The notes below the pieces were generated by a model. It saw only the letters and a list, made by a program, of their open reading frames with translations, did not search any database and was not told where the DNA came from. 30,877 nt of DNA from a virus (Duplodnaviria; Caudoviricetes): positions 1-30,877 of the IMG/VR virus record IMGVR_UViG_3300025276_000133. One strand, written 5' to 3'. Positions 1 to 7,834 of the stretch are shown piece after piece. Each line of letters begins with the position of its first letter. Position 1 is the stretch's first letter. Both the position numbers and the translations under genes were made by a program.

Positions 1-147
1 ACCTACTTCTATACCCATCACAGGACGGTATTTTTTATCTGTACATAACACCTCACAGTTGATGAGTTTGATGCCAAAAAGAGTTTCAGTAGGCAGAAAC
101 TCTATACTAAATTTGTTTTTAAATTGTAAAGGATTTACTTCTTGCAT
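1..147 (-). CDS. Hypothetical protein, partial (runs off the left edge)
   Basis: Manually translated open frame from ATG at 147: MQEVNPLQFKNKFSIEFLPTETLFGIKLINCEVLCTDKKYRPVMGIEVG..., no stop before the edge; divergent from the 314 gene. Confidence 0.7.
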   Translation of the reverse strand, partial: MQEVNPLQFKNKFSIEFLPTETLFGIKLINCEVLCTDKKYRPVMGIEVG

Positions 148-185
148 AATTTAAATTTACTTGGTTGTTAAAAATTAATACATAT

Positions 186-285
186 TTTGTATATTATATA
201 CATAATATATTAACTTTCAGATTAACAAAGATAGAACATCTTTATCTCTTTGAGTTGTTATATTGACACAAAATTTGTATATTAT
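186..285 (+). promoter_or_regulatory. Two copies of TTTGTATATTAT (186-197, 274-285); candidate late promoter elements
   Basis: Exact 12-mer repeated within the divergent intergenic region at the head of the plus-strand gene block. Confidence 0.45.
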
Positions 286-313
286 TTATATAGTACTCTA
301 AAAATACTTTGTT

Positions 314-580
314 ATGATAAAAAGATTTTTTAAAAAATTAATTCATGTTGTCTGGACATATGGGCCTAAAGATTATTGGAAGGGTTTATGGTCAAAGACT
401 TCTGTAGATGAAAAAGCTATTGCTACTGTTAAAGAAGTTAAAAAAAGATTTAAATTAACAGCTGCTGAGCTTGCGGATGTTGCAGATGCAATCAAACAAG
501 TTGGTAATCAGTTAGGTGACATAGATGATGCTATAAAAGGTAAAGCTAGAAAAGGCAGAAAGAAGAAACAAGTTAAGTAA
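314..580 (+). CDS. Hypothetical protein (helical, basic C-terminal tail)
   Basis: 88-aa ORF, first gene of the plus-strand block; its stop overlaps the next ATG (TAATG). Confidence 0.8.
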   Translation: MIKRFFKKLIHVVWTYGPKDYWKGLWSKTSVDEKAIATVKEVKKRFKLTAAELADVADAIKQVGNQLGDIDDAIKGKARKGRKKKQVK

Positions 581-702
581 TGAAACTTATAATTGGTACG
601 TATAAAAGAATATCTGGTAAAAGAAGACCCGGTGTACATAGTAAGAATGCATCAAAAGGTCAAAACGGATATAAACAACAATATAAAGGGCAAGGAAGAT
701 GA
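580..702 (+). CDS. Small basic phage protein (40 aa, KRRPGVHSK...YKGQGR)
   Basis: Not in the ORF track; MKLIIGTYKRISGKRRPGVHSKNASKGQNGYKQQYKGQGR; coupled by TAATG upstream and ATGA downstream. Confidence 0.75.
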   Translation: MKLIIGTYKRISGKRRPGVHSKNASKGQNGYKQQYKGQGR

Positions 703-800
703 GACAAATATGTTTATTTTTACAATGGGTTAGCAATGGTAAAATTTGTTTAGGTCATTGCCGTCAAGGTTTATGTCACAAGACTAAAAGCCGTGTATAA
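699..800 (+). CDS. Small Cys/His-rich protein (33 aa)
   Basis: Not in the ORF track; MRQICLFLQWVSNGKICLGHCRQGLCHKTKSRV; ATGA and TAATG overlaps with its neighbours. Confidence 0.6.
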   Translation: MRQICLFLQWVSNGKICLGHCRQGLCHKTKSRV

Positions 801-943
801 TGAATTGGGAATTAGAAATAGCATTTCACTGGCCTCACGATAGATTGGCTTTTGGATGGGATATAATTAGACCAGATAAAGAGTTTGATTATAGTACGAT
901 AAAATTATATATGTTTTTTGTTACATTAACATTAGACTTTTAA
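800..943 (+). CDS. Small beta-rich hypothetical protein (47 aa)
   Basis: Not in the ORF track; MNWELEIAFHWPHDRLAFGWDIIRPDKEFDYSTIKLYMFFVTLTLDF; TAATG coupling. Confidence 0.7.
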   Translation: MNWELEIAFHWPHDRLAFGWDIIRPDKEFDYSTIKLYMFFVTLTLDF

Positions 944-952
944 ATTAAAAAA

Positions 953-1135
953 ATGAGAAAAGATAAATCTTGTTTACCAATGCAAAAAGCACCTAAGAGC
1001 GCAGGTAAACTGCTTACAGTTAAAGGTGGTGAAATAAGTGATGCTGTTTTACAACAATATAAATTAGGAGGTGGAACTCACAATACATATAGTGGACCGT
1101 CTAAATCTAAAAAAAGTAAAAAGAAAAGAAAATGA
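953..1135 (+). CDS. Small basic hypothetical protein (one YxxGG motif, Lys-rich tail)
   Basis: 60-aa ORF with A-rich leader; ATGA overlap with the next gene. Confidence 0.7.
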   Translation: MRKDKSCLPMQKAPKSAGKLLTVKGGEISDAVLQQYKLGGGTHNTYSGPSKSKKSKKKRK

Positions 1136-1761
1136 ATATCTTAACGGATGTATTAAGTTTAATAAGGAGAGGGGTCTTTGCTAAGAAGGCAGAACTTGAT
1201 GATGTATTGGTTCTGGGTGTAAACGAACAACCAGACATGACAGGTGTTGCTTCACCAATTCCTTATAAAAGCATAAAGGTTATTAAAGTAAAAGATTTTA
1301 AGATTGCTGCTGAACATTGTGCTCATGCAAATACTCCAGAGGTTCCATCAACTAAAGGACAAGTCTATCAAAAGACAGAAGTTGATGCAACCACAGAAAA
1401 GTGTACTGTATATTTTAGATCTTTAAAGTCTTTAAGTAGTAATCTTACTCTTGCTATATCCTCTGATAATGACTATGTGGAATTTGCAACATCTGGTGAA
1501 CCTAATACAGCTGCCAATTTAGGCACAGGTTCAAAAGTATGGAAAGATAAAGTAGGTGAGACACTTAACTTTAGAACTTTAACCAGCGGTGGTGGGGTTA
1601 CTATTACTGAAGGTACGAATGATATAGTAGTAAATGCAGGTGGAGGTAAAAATATTATATATAATAGTGGGTTTGGGCCCATATTAACAGCTCCTAATGG
1701 AAATCAATTTAGATTAGATGTATCTAATGCAGGAGTAATAACAGCAACAGCAGTAGCATAA
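1132..1761 (+). CDS. Putative virion structural / short tail-fibre-like protein
   Basis: Two copies of a fibre-type repeat (GQVYQK...VYFRSL; GSKVWK...LNFRTL) and a C-terminal LTAPNGNQFRLDVSNAG segment of a kind seen in phage fibres. Confidence 0.6.
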   Translation: MNILTDVLSLIRRGVFAKKAELDDVLVLGVNEQPDMTGVASPIPYKSIKVIKVKDFKIAAEHCAHANTPEVPSTKGQVYQKTEVDATTEKCTVYFRSLKSLSSNLTLAISSDNDYVEFATSGEPNTAANLGTGSKVWKDKVGETLNFRTLTSGGGVTITEGTNDIVVNAGGGKNIIYNSGFGPILTAPNGNQFRLDVSNAGVITATAVA

Positions 1762-1764
1762 GTT

Positions 1765-2175
1765 ATGAGTAATATATTAAGTAAAATATTTTCAGGAGGA
1801 GCTAGTAAACTAGTTGATGGAATAGGTGGGATTTTAGATGATCTTATTACTTCCAAAGATGAAAAACTTGCAGCTGAATTAAAAATAAAAGAACTAGTTG
1901 CAAAACATGAAGTTGAGATGGAAAAAGAAATCTCTTCTAGGTGGTCCGCAGACATGACTAGTGATAGTTGGCTCAGTAAGAATGTAAGGCCTTTGGTTCT
2001 TATATTTTTAGTTGTGTCAACAGTACTACTAGTATTTATAGATGCAGGAGTAATTGCATTTGAAGTAAAGGCTAGCTGGGTTGACCTTTTACAATTAGTT
2101 TTAATCACAGTAATAGGAGCTTATTTTGGGGGAAGGTCTCTTGAAAAAGTAAAAAAAACAAATAATAACAAATAA
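1765..2175 (+). CDS. Holin, 3TM (GTA-holin-like) family
   Basis: Motifs RW.ADM.SDSWLSKNVRP and AYFGGRSLEK with two strong hydrophobic segments. Confidence 0.85.
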   Translation: MSNILSKIFSGGASKLVDGIGGILDDLITSKDEKLAAELKIKELVAKHEVEMEKEISSRWSADMTSDSWLSKNVRPLVLIFLVVSTVLLVFIDAGVIAFEVKASWVDLLQLVLITVIGAYFGGRSLEKVKKTNNNK

Positions 2176-2187
2176 AAATTAGAAATT

Positions 2188-2526
2188 ATGCCAAATAATA
2201 TGACAAAAGCAGGAATTAAGTATGGAGCTAACGGTGGTTCCATGAAAAAAAAGAAAGTAGTAAAAAAAATGAATATGGGTGGAGGTAGTTTTATTCCACC
2301 AACTATGGGTGCAGGTGATGGAGATATGACTCCCTACCGTACTGGAATGGATGTAGCAACATTAGGTAAAGAAAGAATGAATTCATATGCTGCAGGTGGA
2401 GGTCTTATGGGCTTTGGAGAAGGAGGCGATGTAATGGAAAAATCAACTTATGGTAATGGTGGAAGCACTAAGAGAGGTAATAAGAGGAAGGGTAAAAAAC
2501 CTGGATCTAGATTAGCATATGATTGA
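2188..2526 (+). CDS. Gly/Met-rich basic protein with repeated [YFM]xxGG motifs
   Basis: 112 aa, low complexity; MNMGG, YAAGG, FGEGG, YGNGG plus the variant YGANGG. Confidence 0.75.
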   Translation: MPNNMTKAGIKYGANGGSMKKKKVVKKMNMGGGSFIPPTMGAGDGDMTPYRTGMDVATLGKERMNSYAAGGGLMGFGEGGDVMEKSTYGNGGSTKRGNKRKGKKPGSRLAYD

Positions 2527-2555
2527 TTAATTAATAAAACTTAAAATTTAAAGTT

Positions 2556-2792
2556 ATGGGCAAAAATGCATCATTCCCTATGCAGGGAGAAGTATTCAAA
2601 AGAGAAACAACCAATGGGTATTATAACCCAACTACTGTTCAACAAGCATTACAAAGTGCTAAGAACAAAAAAGAGGTTGCAGCAAGAATAAAACTTGCAA
2701 AAAAAACTAATGTAAATCCGCCACAAATGTCTACTAGAGCAGCAGAACCTGTTCAATCAGCAGCTTTTAAATCAGGATATAGAAACAGTTAA
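2556..2792 (+). CDS. Hypothetical basic protein
   Basis: 78-aa ORF, A-rich leader, collinear in the operon. Confidence 0.75.
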   Translation: MGKNASFPMQGEVFKRETTNGYYNPTTVQQALQSAKNKKEVAARIKLAKKTNVNPPQMSTRAAEPVQSAAFKSGYRNS

Positions 2793-2797
2793 GAAAT

Positions 2798-3142
2798 ATG
2801 GCACTACTAACCGCACAACAAATATCACAAGCTGGTCTAGAGCCAGTATATTCAACTCCTACAGCAGGGGGTGATCAATTAGCTAATACAAGTATAGAAT
2901 TTTTTCATGTAAGAAATGAGGGAGCTGTTGCAATGACTGCAACTTTAGTACCTTATGTTACTACATATGAAGATGCTTCATTAGGACAATTAGTTAAAGA
3001 GAGTGCGGTATTAAATCTGGCAGCTGGTGAAGAAGGATTCTTGGGTCCTTTTGAAATAGCAGCTTTTAGTAGCACTGAAGGTAATATAACAATAACATGC
3101 TCAGCTCAGACAAGTGTAAAACTTGCAGCTTTGTATTTATAA
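2798..3142 (+). CDS. Putative virion structural (decoration-type) protein
   Basis: 114 aa, beta-rich; LTAQQISQAGL.P.Y...GGD...N...FHVRN pattern resembles small phage structural proteins; late-block context. Confidence 0.55.
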   Translation: MALLTAQQISQAGLEPVYSTPTAGGDQLANTSIEFFHVRNEGAVAMTATLVPYVTTYEDASLGQLVKESAVLNLAAGEEGFLGPFEIAAFSSTEGNITITCSAQTSVKLAALYL

Positions 3143-3153
3143 ATAATTAAATC

Positions 3154-6100
3154 ATGAGTGTATATACACAAGAAGTTTTAGGCTTACTTAGAAGAAATAA
3201 GAAAAAGAAAAAGTTAGACAAAATCAGAGATCACTTTGAGTTTGGTAAACTTTATCAAAACAGTACCTTAAATACGGGTGCTGTTTATCAGCCAACTATG
3301 GAACCATTTGTAATTAAATGGGGAGACTTTAAATGTGCTACGGAAGAAGGAATGGTAAGACAAGATCCTACCGGCACTCAAGAACGTTATGTTACAATGT
3401 GGACAGATCCTGTTTTTCAAGGAGATTGTAATACTGCAACTATAACTAAAACAATAATATCTCAAAACGCTGCTGGAGATGAAATTAATATTGCAGGAGA
3501 TTTAGATGTAGATAATAATTTAAATGTTGATGGTAATGGTGTTATAGATTTACAATTAACTGCTGGCTCAGCAAATATATTAGACCTTACTGATAACCGT
3601 ATAGTTATAGTGGGCACAGATGGTGAGCTAGAAGATGATGTTAACTTTACAATGGATGGAACTACTTTTACAGCAAACGTAAATGTAGTACATGGCACTG
3701 ATGTACCAGCTGGAACACCAGCTGAGACAACTACAATTAACTCTAATCTTAAATTAGAGGGACCTGTATATGATTCATTGGGCGCCATAGGTAGTTTAAA
3801 CAAAGTTCTTGTTGGTTTAGCAGATGGTAGAGTAAAGTGGCAAGATGATGATGTTGTAGAAGCATTAACATATGGATCACTATGGCAAGGAGATGCAACT
3901 AACTATAAAGTAGAATTACCAATTGGTACAGTTAATCAGATTCTTATATCTGACGGAACTACATTTTCATGGCAAGATGACCCATATGTAGATGGTAGTG
4001 GTACACTATATAGGTTACCTTTATGGACACCAGATGGTGATTCATTAGGAGACTCTATTTTAATACAAGATGGTGATTCATCAACACCTGCTACAAAAGT
4101 TACAGTAAATGGTATAGCTATAGTTGAAGGTGATTTAACAGCAGAAGTTAATGCTTTAGTTAAAGGAAATATTGAAGTAAATGGTACAACAAAACTAGAT
4201 ACACTAGTTAATGATGATACTCTTGTACAAGTACTTGTAAGAGACACTGCAAATGATAATCTAATTAAATTTAGAGATGCGTCTTCAATAAAACCACAGG
4301 TTGGTTTTGATACATTAGCTATGACACCTGATGGTTGGGCATCTGCTGATGGAAACTTTAATGCTTTTGTAAATCTAGATGATACAACTACACCATTTAA
4401 GAACATAAATAATATGTCATGGCTTGTTGATGGTGACAGAGTGGTTGTTATTGCAACAAATAATAAAACTGGTACAGTATTAGGTAATAGTGTTATTAAA
4501 TTTAAAGACTGGGTATATCCAGGAGCAGGTGGTAGAACAGTAAACAATTTTGGTTCATGGGTTGCATCTGCATCTGATATAGCATATCCTACCGCTTCCG
4601 TTTTATACGGAGAAAAACTTAAGTTTAAGGCAGAAATGTATGATGTACCATCTACTACAAAAAGTCAATTAAATTGGGATGCGTGTTGTAAAATATATTC
4701 ATCTAATGAATGTCCATCAGGATCAAATGGAGCCGGAACACTTGCTGAAGATACTGTCTTCTTTGGAACTTTTAATGGTATTGATGATGGATATGGAGGT
4801 TATGGATTGACATATTCAATTGTAACTCCACCAACAAACGGTACTTTAGTTATTACTAATGCTAGTACAGGCGCTTTTTCATATACACCTAATTCTAATT
4901 ACTTTGGTACTGATACCGTAGTATGGAGAGTATTTGATGGATATTGTTTTAGTGTTAATTATAATTTTGTTTTCACGATTAATGCAGTGGATGATAAACC
5001 AATATGGACGTCCACTGATCCTGTTGCTGCAAATACATATCCATCCTTAACAGGTGGTGATGTATGGACTTATAATTGGACTGTAGCAGATGATGACACA
5101 CCTTGTGGTAGTTTAACTTTTCCAAGTCAAACAATACCAGCATGGTTAACCTTTACTAATAATGGTGATTGTACAGGAACTTTAACAGGAACATATCCTA
5201 ATGCAGGTGGTAATTTTGCAGTACAACTAAATGTAAGTGACGGAACAGATACTGCATCACAGAATTTTAATATTGGTGGTTTAGCAGTAAATAATGATAC
5301 ATATTTTGTTACTTGGTTTGATGCTTCAGGATCCATGAACACTACGGGTGATATACTTGCTGCAAATTCAAGTGTGCCAACTATTAGAGCTCAAAGTAAT
5401 GGTGGAGGTACAGGAACAACTTTTATGACCCTGCTAGCTGGAGATAACTTAGCTGATCAAGGAAAATATATAGATGATTCTGGAGGAGATGGTTACAATG
5501 CTTATAGATTAATAGTAGCTGGAATGACAGTTTCCGGTACTGGCATAACAGCAGGAACTACAGTTTCTTCAATCAGTAGTACTACGGTTACTTTAAGTGC
5601 TACACATACTGCAGCAGCAAATGCCGTAATTACTTTTGCAAGAACTACAGCCCAAAAATCTACAGATTATGCAGATATAAATACATTTAGAAATTTACTT
5701 CAAGATTTTTATGCTACAGGAGGAACTGAAGCTTCGGGTAATACAACTTCAGCAACTAATGGTGCTGATAGATATGATTCTCATGTATTTTTTGGATGGG
5801 ATGCATATCAAACCGAAGGTAATGGGGAAAGACAAATACAATACTTAGCAAACTTAGGTAATCCAATTACAACAGGAGCAGGTGCTAAATTTGCTAATGC
5901 ATCTACAGTTGTTGTTATGGGATGGGGTGATGAATCAGATAATTGGTATCATCAAGGTGGTTTACCATTTAGTAACGATACAATAGATCCAGGTCTGAGA
6001 GTTGCAAATGATGTATCAGAAGTAAAATCTTTTATTTCAACTACAGAAACAGCTGCAGGAAACAATTCTATATACAGAGGTATTTGGTTTAATGTTGGTG

Positions 6101-6357
6101 ATATTACTACATACAGGCAGATAGGGCAAGGTTTACAAAATGGTATAAGTCCAAGCTCACAATTTAGTGGTAATTGGACAAATGCTGATCTATTAGTTGC
6201 AGAATCAAGCGGTGCTCCTACAAGAATACAATATGCAGGACAAACTGGAGATGCAAACTATCCAACAGGTATTGCTGTTGCTAATAATACTGCAGGGTAT
6301 TATAGAGGGGTAGTGCTTGCTAAACTACAAGATAGTGGGTTTACAACTTTAACATAA
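3154..6357 (+). CDS. Large virion adhesin / tail-fibre-like protein with cadherin/Ig-like domains and a vWA-like C-terminal region
   Basis: 1067 aa, Gly/Thr/Asp/Asn-rich; Big_9/tandem-95-like unit (AED...LTYSIVTPPTNGTL...YTPNSNYFGTD...DG); He_PIG-like unit (PAWLTF...TLTGT...VSDG); MIDAS-like WFDASGSM. Confidence 0.75.
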   Translation: MSVYTQEVLGLLRRNKKKKKLDKIRDHFEFGKLYQNSTLNTGAVYQPTMEPFVIKWGDFKCATEEGMVRQDPTGTQERYVTMWTDPVFQGDCNTATITKTIISQNAAGDEINIAGDLDVDNNLNVDGNGVIDLQLTAGSANILDLTDNRIVIVGTDGELEDDVNFTMDGTTFTANVNVVHGTDVPAGTPAETTTINSNLKLEGPVYDSLGAIGSLNKVLVGLADGRVKWQDDDVVEALTYGSLWQGDATNYKVELPIGTVNQILISDGTTFSWQDDPYVDGSGTLYRLPLWTPDGDSLGDSILIQDGDSSTPATKVTVNGIAIVEGDLTAEVNALVKGNIEVNGTTKLDTLVNDDTLVQVLVRDTANDNLIKFRDASSIKPQVGFDTLAMTPDGWASADGNFNAFVNLDDTTTPFKNINNMSWLVDGDRVVVIATNNKTGTVLGNSVIKFKDWVYPGAGGRTVNNFGSWVASASDIAYPTASVLYGEKLKFKAEMYDVPSTTKSQLNWDACCKIYSSNECPSGSNGAGTLAEDTVFFGTFNGIDDGYGGYGLTYSIVTPPTNGTLVITNASTGAFSYTPNSNYFGTDTVVWRVFDGYCFSVNYNFVFTINAVDDKPIWTSTDPVAANTYPSLTGGDVWTYNWTVADDDTPCGSLTFPSQTIPAWLTFTNNGDCTGTLTGTYPNAGGNFAVQLNVSDGTDTASQNFNIGGLAVNNDTYFVTWFDASGSMNTTGDILAANSSVPTIRAQSNGGGTGTTFMTLLAGDNLADQGKYIDDSGGDGYNAYRLIVAGMTVSGTGITAGTTVSSISSTTVTLSATHTAAANAVITFARTTAQKSTDYADINTFRNLLQDFYATGGTEASGNTTSATNGADRYDSHVFFGWDAYQTEGNGERQIQYLANLGNPITTGAGAKFANASTVVVMGWGDESDNWYHQGGLPFSNDTIDPGLRVANDVSEVKSFISTTETAAGNNSIYRGIWFNVGDITTYRQIGQGLQNGISPSSQFSGNWTNADLLVAESSGAPTRIQYAGQTGDANYPTGIAVANNTAGYYRGVVLAKLQDSGFTTLT

Positions 6358-6366
6358 CTAGGAGAC

Positions 6367-6399
6367 GGGATAAGAATGCAAAACTTATCCCTTTTTTTT
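6367..6399 (+). terminator. Rho-independent terminator ending the plus-strand block
   Basis: GGGATAAG-N9-CTTATCCC followed by T8, 9 nt after the 6357 stop. Confidence 0.85.
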
Positions 6400-6418
6400 G
6401 TTGGTTTTATCTCCCATG

Positions 6419-6496
6419 TTAAAATTTATCCATATCATTATTATGCGTGATATAAAAACAATATATTGTTAGAATAATTATAAAGGTCCAAATCAT
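6419..6496 (-). CDS. Possible 25-aa membrane peptide
   Basis: MIWTFIIILTIYCFYITHNNDMDKF, starting 2 nt after the DUF932 stop; very short. Confidence 0.35.
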   Translation of the reverse strand: MIWTFIIILTIYCFYITHNNDMDKF

Positions 6497-6498
6497 AT

Positions 6499-7398
6499 TT
6501 ATCTTCCCATAAATATATCTTGAATCAATCTTTTTTCTGTAATATCCTCATCTATTTCTACAGCAAAATCAGTATCTGCCATAGTAATATCTAATTCAAT
6601 ATTGCTTTGATTTAATTCATAACCTTTAATATTGTTTGGATTTAACAAACTATTGTTTAAGCATTCTGATGTCATAAAATCATGAAAGTTTTGTTGATCA
6701 TTTAACCAATCTCTAGGATGGGCCTTCTTTAATGAATTGGTAACATGATTATAAAAAGCCCATGCACTTGCATTGATTTCTGTTTCACCATAATCAAAAG
6801 ATGGTTTATCCATTTCTTTTTTAAGACATGTCATTTGTTGAGTATCTAATAAATCTTCCTCAATAAACAATCTTCCCGCAAGTTCTGACTGTTGCTTGCA
6901 ATTTAAATTTATTGATTTAAAAGCATCTTTGTCTGATATTAATCTTTTATAATATTTTTCACCATTTTTAATTTGGCTTGCAATTTGATTTCTAACATCC
7001 ATATCTGCTGAACCTGTATGCTTTCTTTTAAAATTATACATATCTCCAGCTACCATTCCATTAGAACATACTTTTACATAGGCGCCAATAGAACACTGAA
7101 ATCTTGTACTTTTATCATATGAATTTGTCCAAGTAAACATCATTCCTAATTCTTTTTCATTATTAATAGAATCATCCGTAGAATTAGGCATTATATAATA
7201 TATACCACGTGCAACATTAGCATTAATATTACATGTGTATAATTGTTCTGTAACAGTAAATCCACTATTCTCAAGTAGATTTAAAGTATTGTCTATCACT
7301 GTTTTATGTGATATTACTGTATAGCTCTTACCGTGGTTAGGTAAGGGTGCATTTTCTAGATAAGATCTAGATGTATTAATTGGTTTTTTGTAACCCAT
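6499..7398 (-). CDS. DUF932-family protein
   Basis: SYTVISH N-terminal motif, NSYDKS...VCSNGM...KHTG core and SAWAFYNHVT C-terminal motif. Confidence 0.75.
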   Translation of the reverse strand: MGYKKPINTSRSYLENAPLPNHGKSYTVISHKTVIDNTLNLLENSGFTVTEQLYTCNINANVARGIYYIMPNSTDDSINNEKELGMMFTWTNSYDKSTRFQCSIGAYVKVCSNGMVAGDMYNFKRKHTGSADMDVRNQIASQIKNGEKYYKRLISDKDAFKSINLNCKQQSELAGRLFIEEDLLDTQQMTCLKKEMDKPSFDYGETEINASAWAFYNHVTNSLKKAHPRDWLNDQQNFHDFMTSECLNNSLLNPNNIKGYELNQSNIELDITMADTDFAVEIDEDITEKRLIQDIFMGR

Positions 7399-7418
7399 AG
7401 TTTTAAACTTTTAAAGTG

Positions 7419-7449
7419 TAAATATAGTTAATTAATCTGACTCAACAAA
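7419..7449 (-). promoter_or_regulatory. Candidate Bacteroidota sigma-A promoter (TTTG-N19-TATATTTA)
   Basis: One mismatch to the -7 consensus TAnnTTTG, correct -33 TTTG spacing, 20 nt upstream of the DUF932 ATG. Confidence 0.55.
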
Positions 7450-7785
7450 CTAATGTCCTTTTTCTTTTAGAAATTTTCTGACACAATAGGGACAAGGTGT
7501 AACATTTTTCCTTATCCATATCAAATAATTGATAGGTATATTTTTAGGTCTTTTACCTTTATACTTACCAAAACTTAATGTTGGTTTATTATCCTCTTTC
7601 AGTGTTTTAGTTGTTCCATTTTGATTCCAAGCGGATCTAAATGTAAACTTCCTATCATCATGAGAGATAGTAATTTTTTCTTTTATAGATTTATTAACTT
7701 TAGAAATTGGTACTTTGAAATATTCTGACGCCAGTTTTTTAGACTCAAACTGTTGTCTGCTTTTCCATTCTATTATGCTTATCAT
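7450..7785 (-). CDS. NUMOD1-like HTH fused to a DUF3820 / ExoX-C-terminal-like domain
   Basis: N-terminal FESKKLASEYFKVPISKV (NUMOD1-like); C-terminal LSFGKYKG...IPINYLIW. Confidence 0.6.
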   Translation of the reverse strand: MISIIEWKSRQQFESKKLASEYFKVPISKVNKSIKEKITISHDDRKFTFRSAWNQNGTTKTLKEDNKPTLSFGKYKGKRPKNIPINYLIWIRKNVTPCPYCVRKFLKEKGH

Positions 7786-7799
7786 ATCATTGTATATTC

Positions 7800-7834
7800 A
7801 ACAGGAGAGTCTCTTTATACAAGACACTCCTGTT
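7800..7834 (-). other. Stem-loop directly after the DNA polymerase stop
   Basis: AACAGGAG-T-GTCT-N9-AGAC-T-CTCCTGTT; no U-tract, so a stabiliser or processing site rather than a clear terminator. Confidence 0.6.

Noticed and set aside
263-292. TTGACA followed by TATATA resembling an E. coli sigma70 promoter
   Set aside because: The -10 match is imperfect at 18-nt spacing in very AT-rich DNA, and the other promoters are Bacteroidota type.
1473-5342. Minus-strand ORFs 1473-1682, 1704-2108, 3268-3465, 3462-3803, 3936-4547 and 5127-5342
   Set aside because: They are antisense shadows of well-supported plus-strand genes, with no motifs.
3154-6357. Diversity-generating retroelement target or invertible fibre cassette
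   Set aside because: No reverse transcriptase, recombinase, template repeat or flanking inverted repeats were seen in the window.
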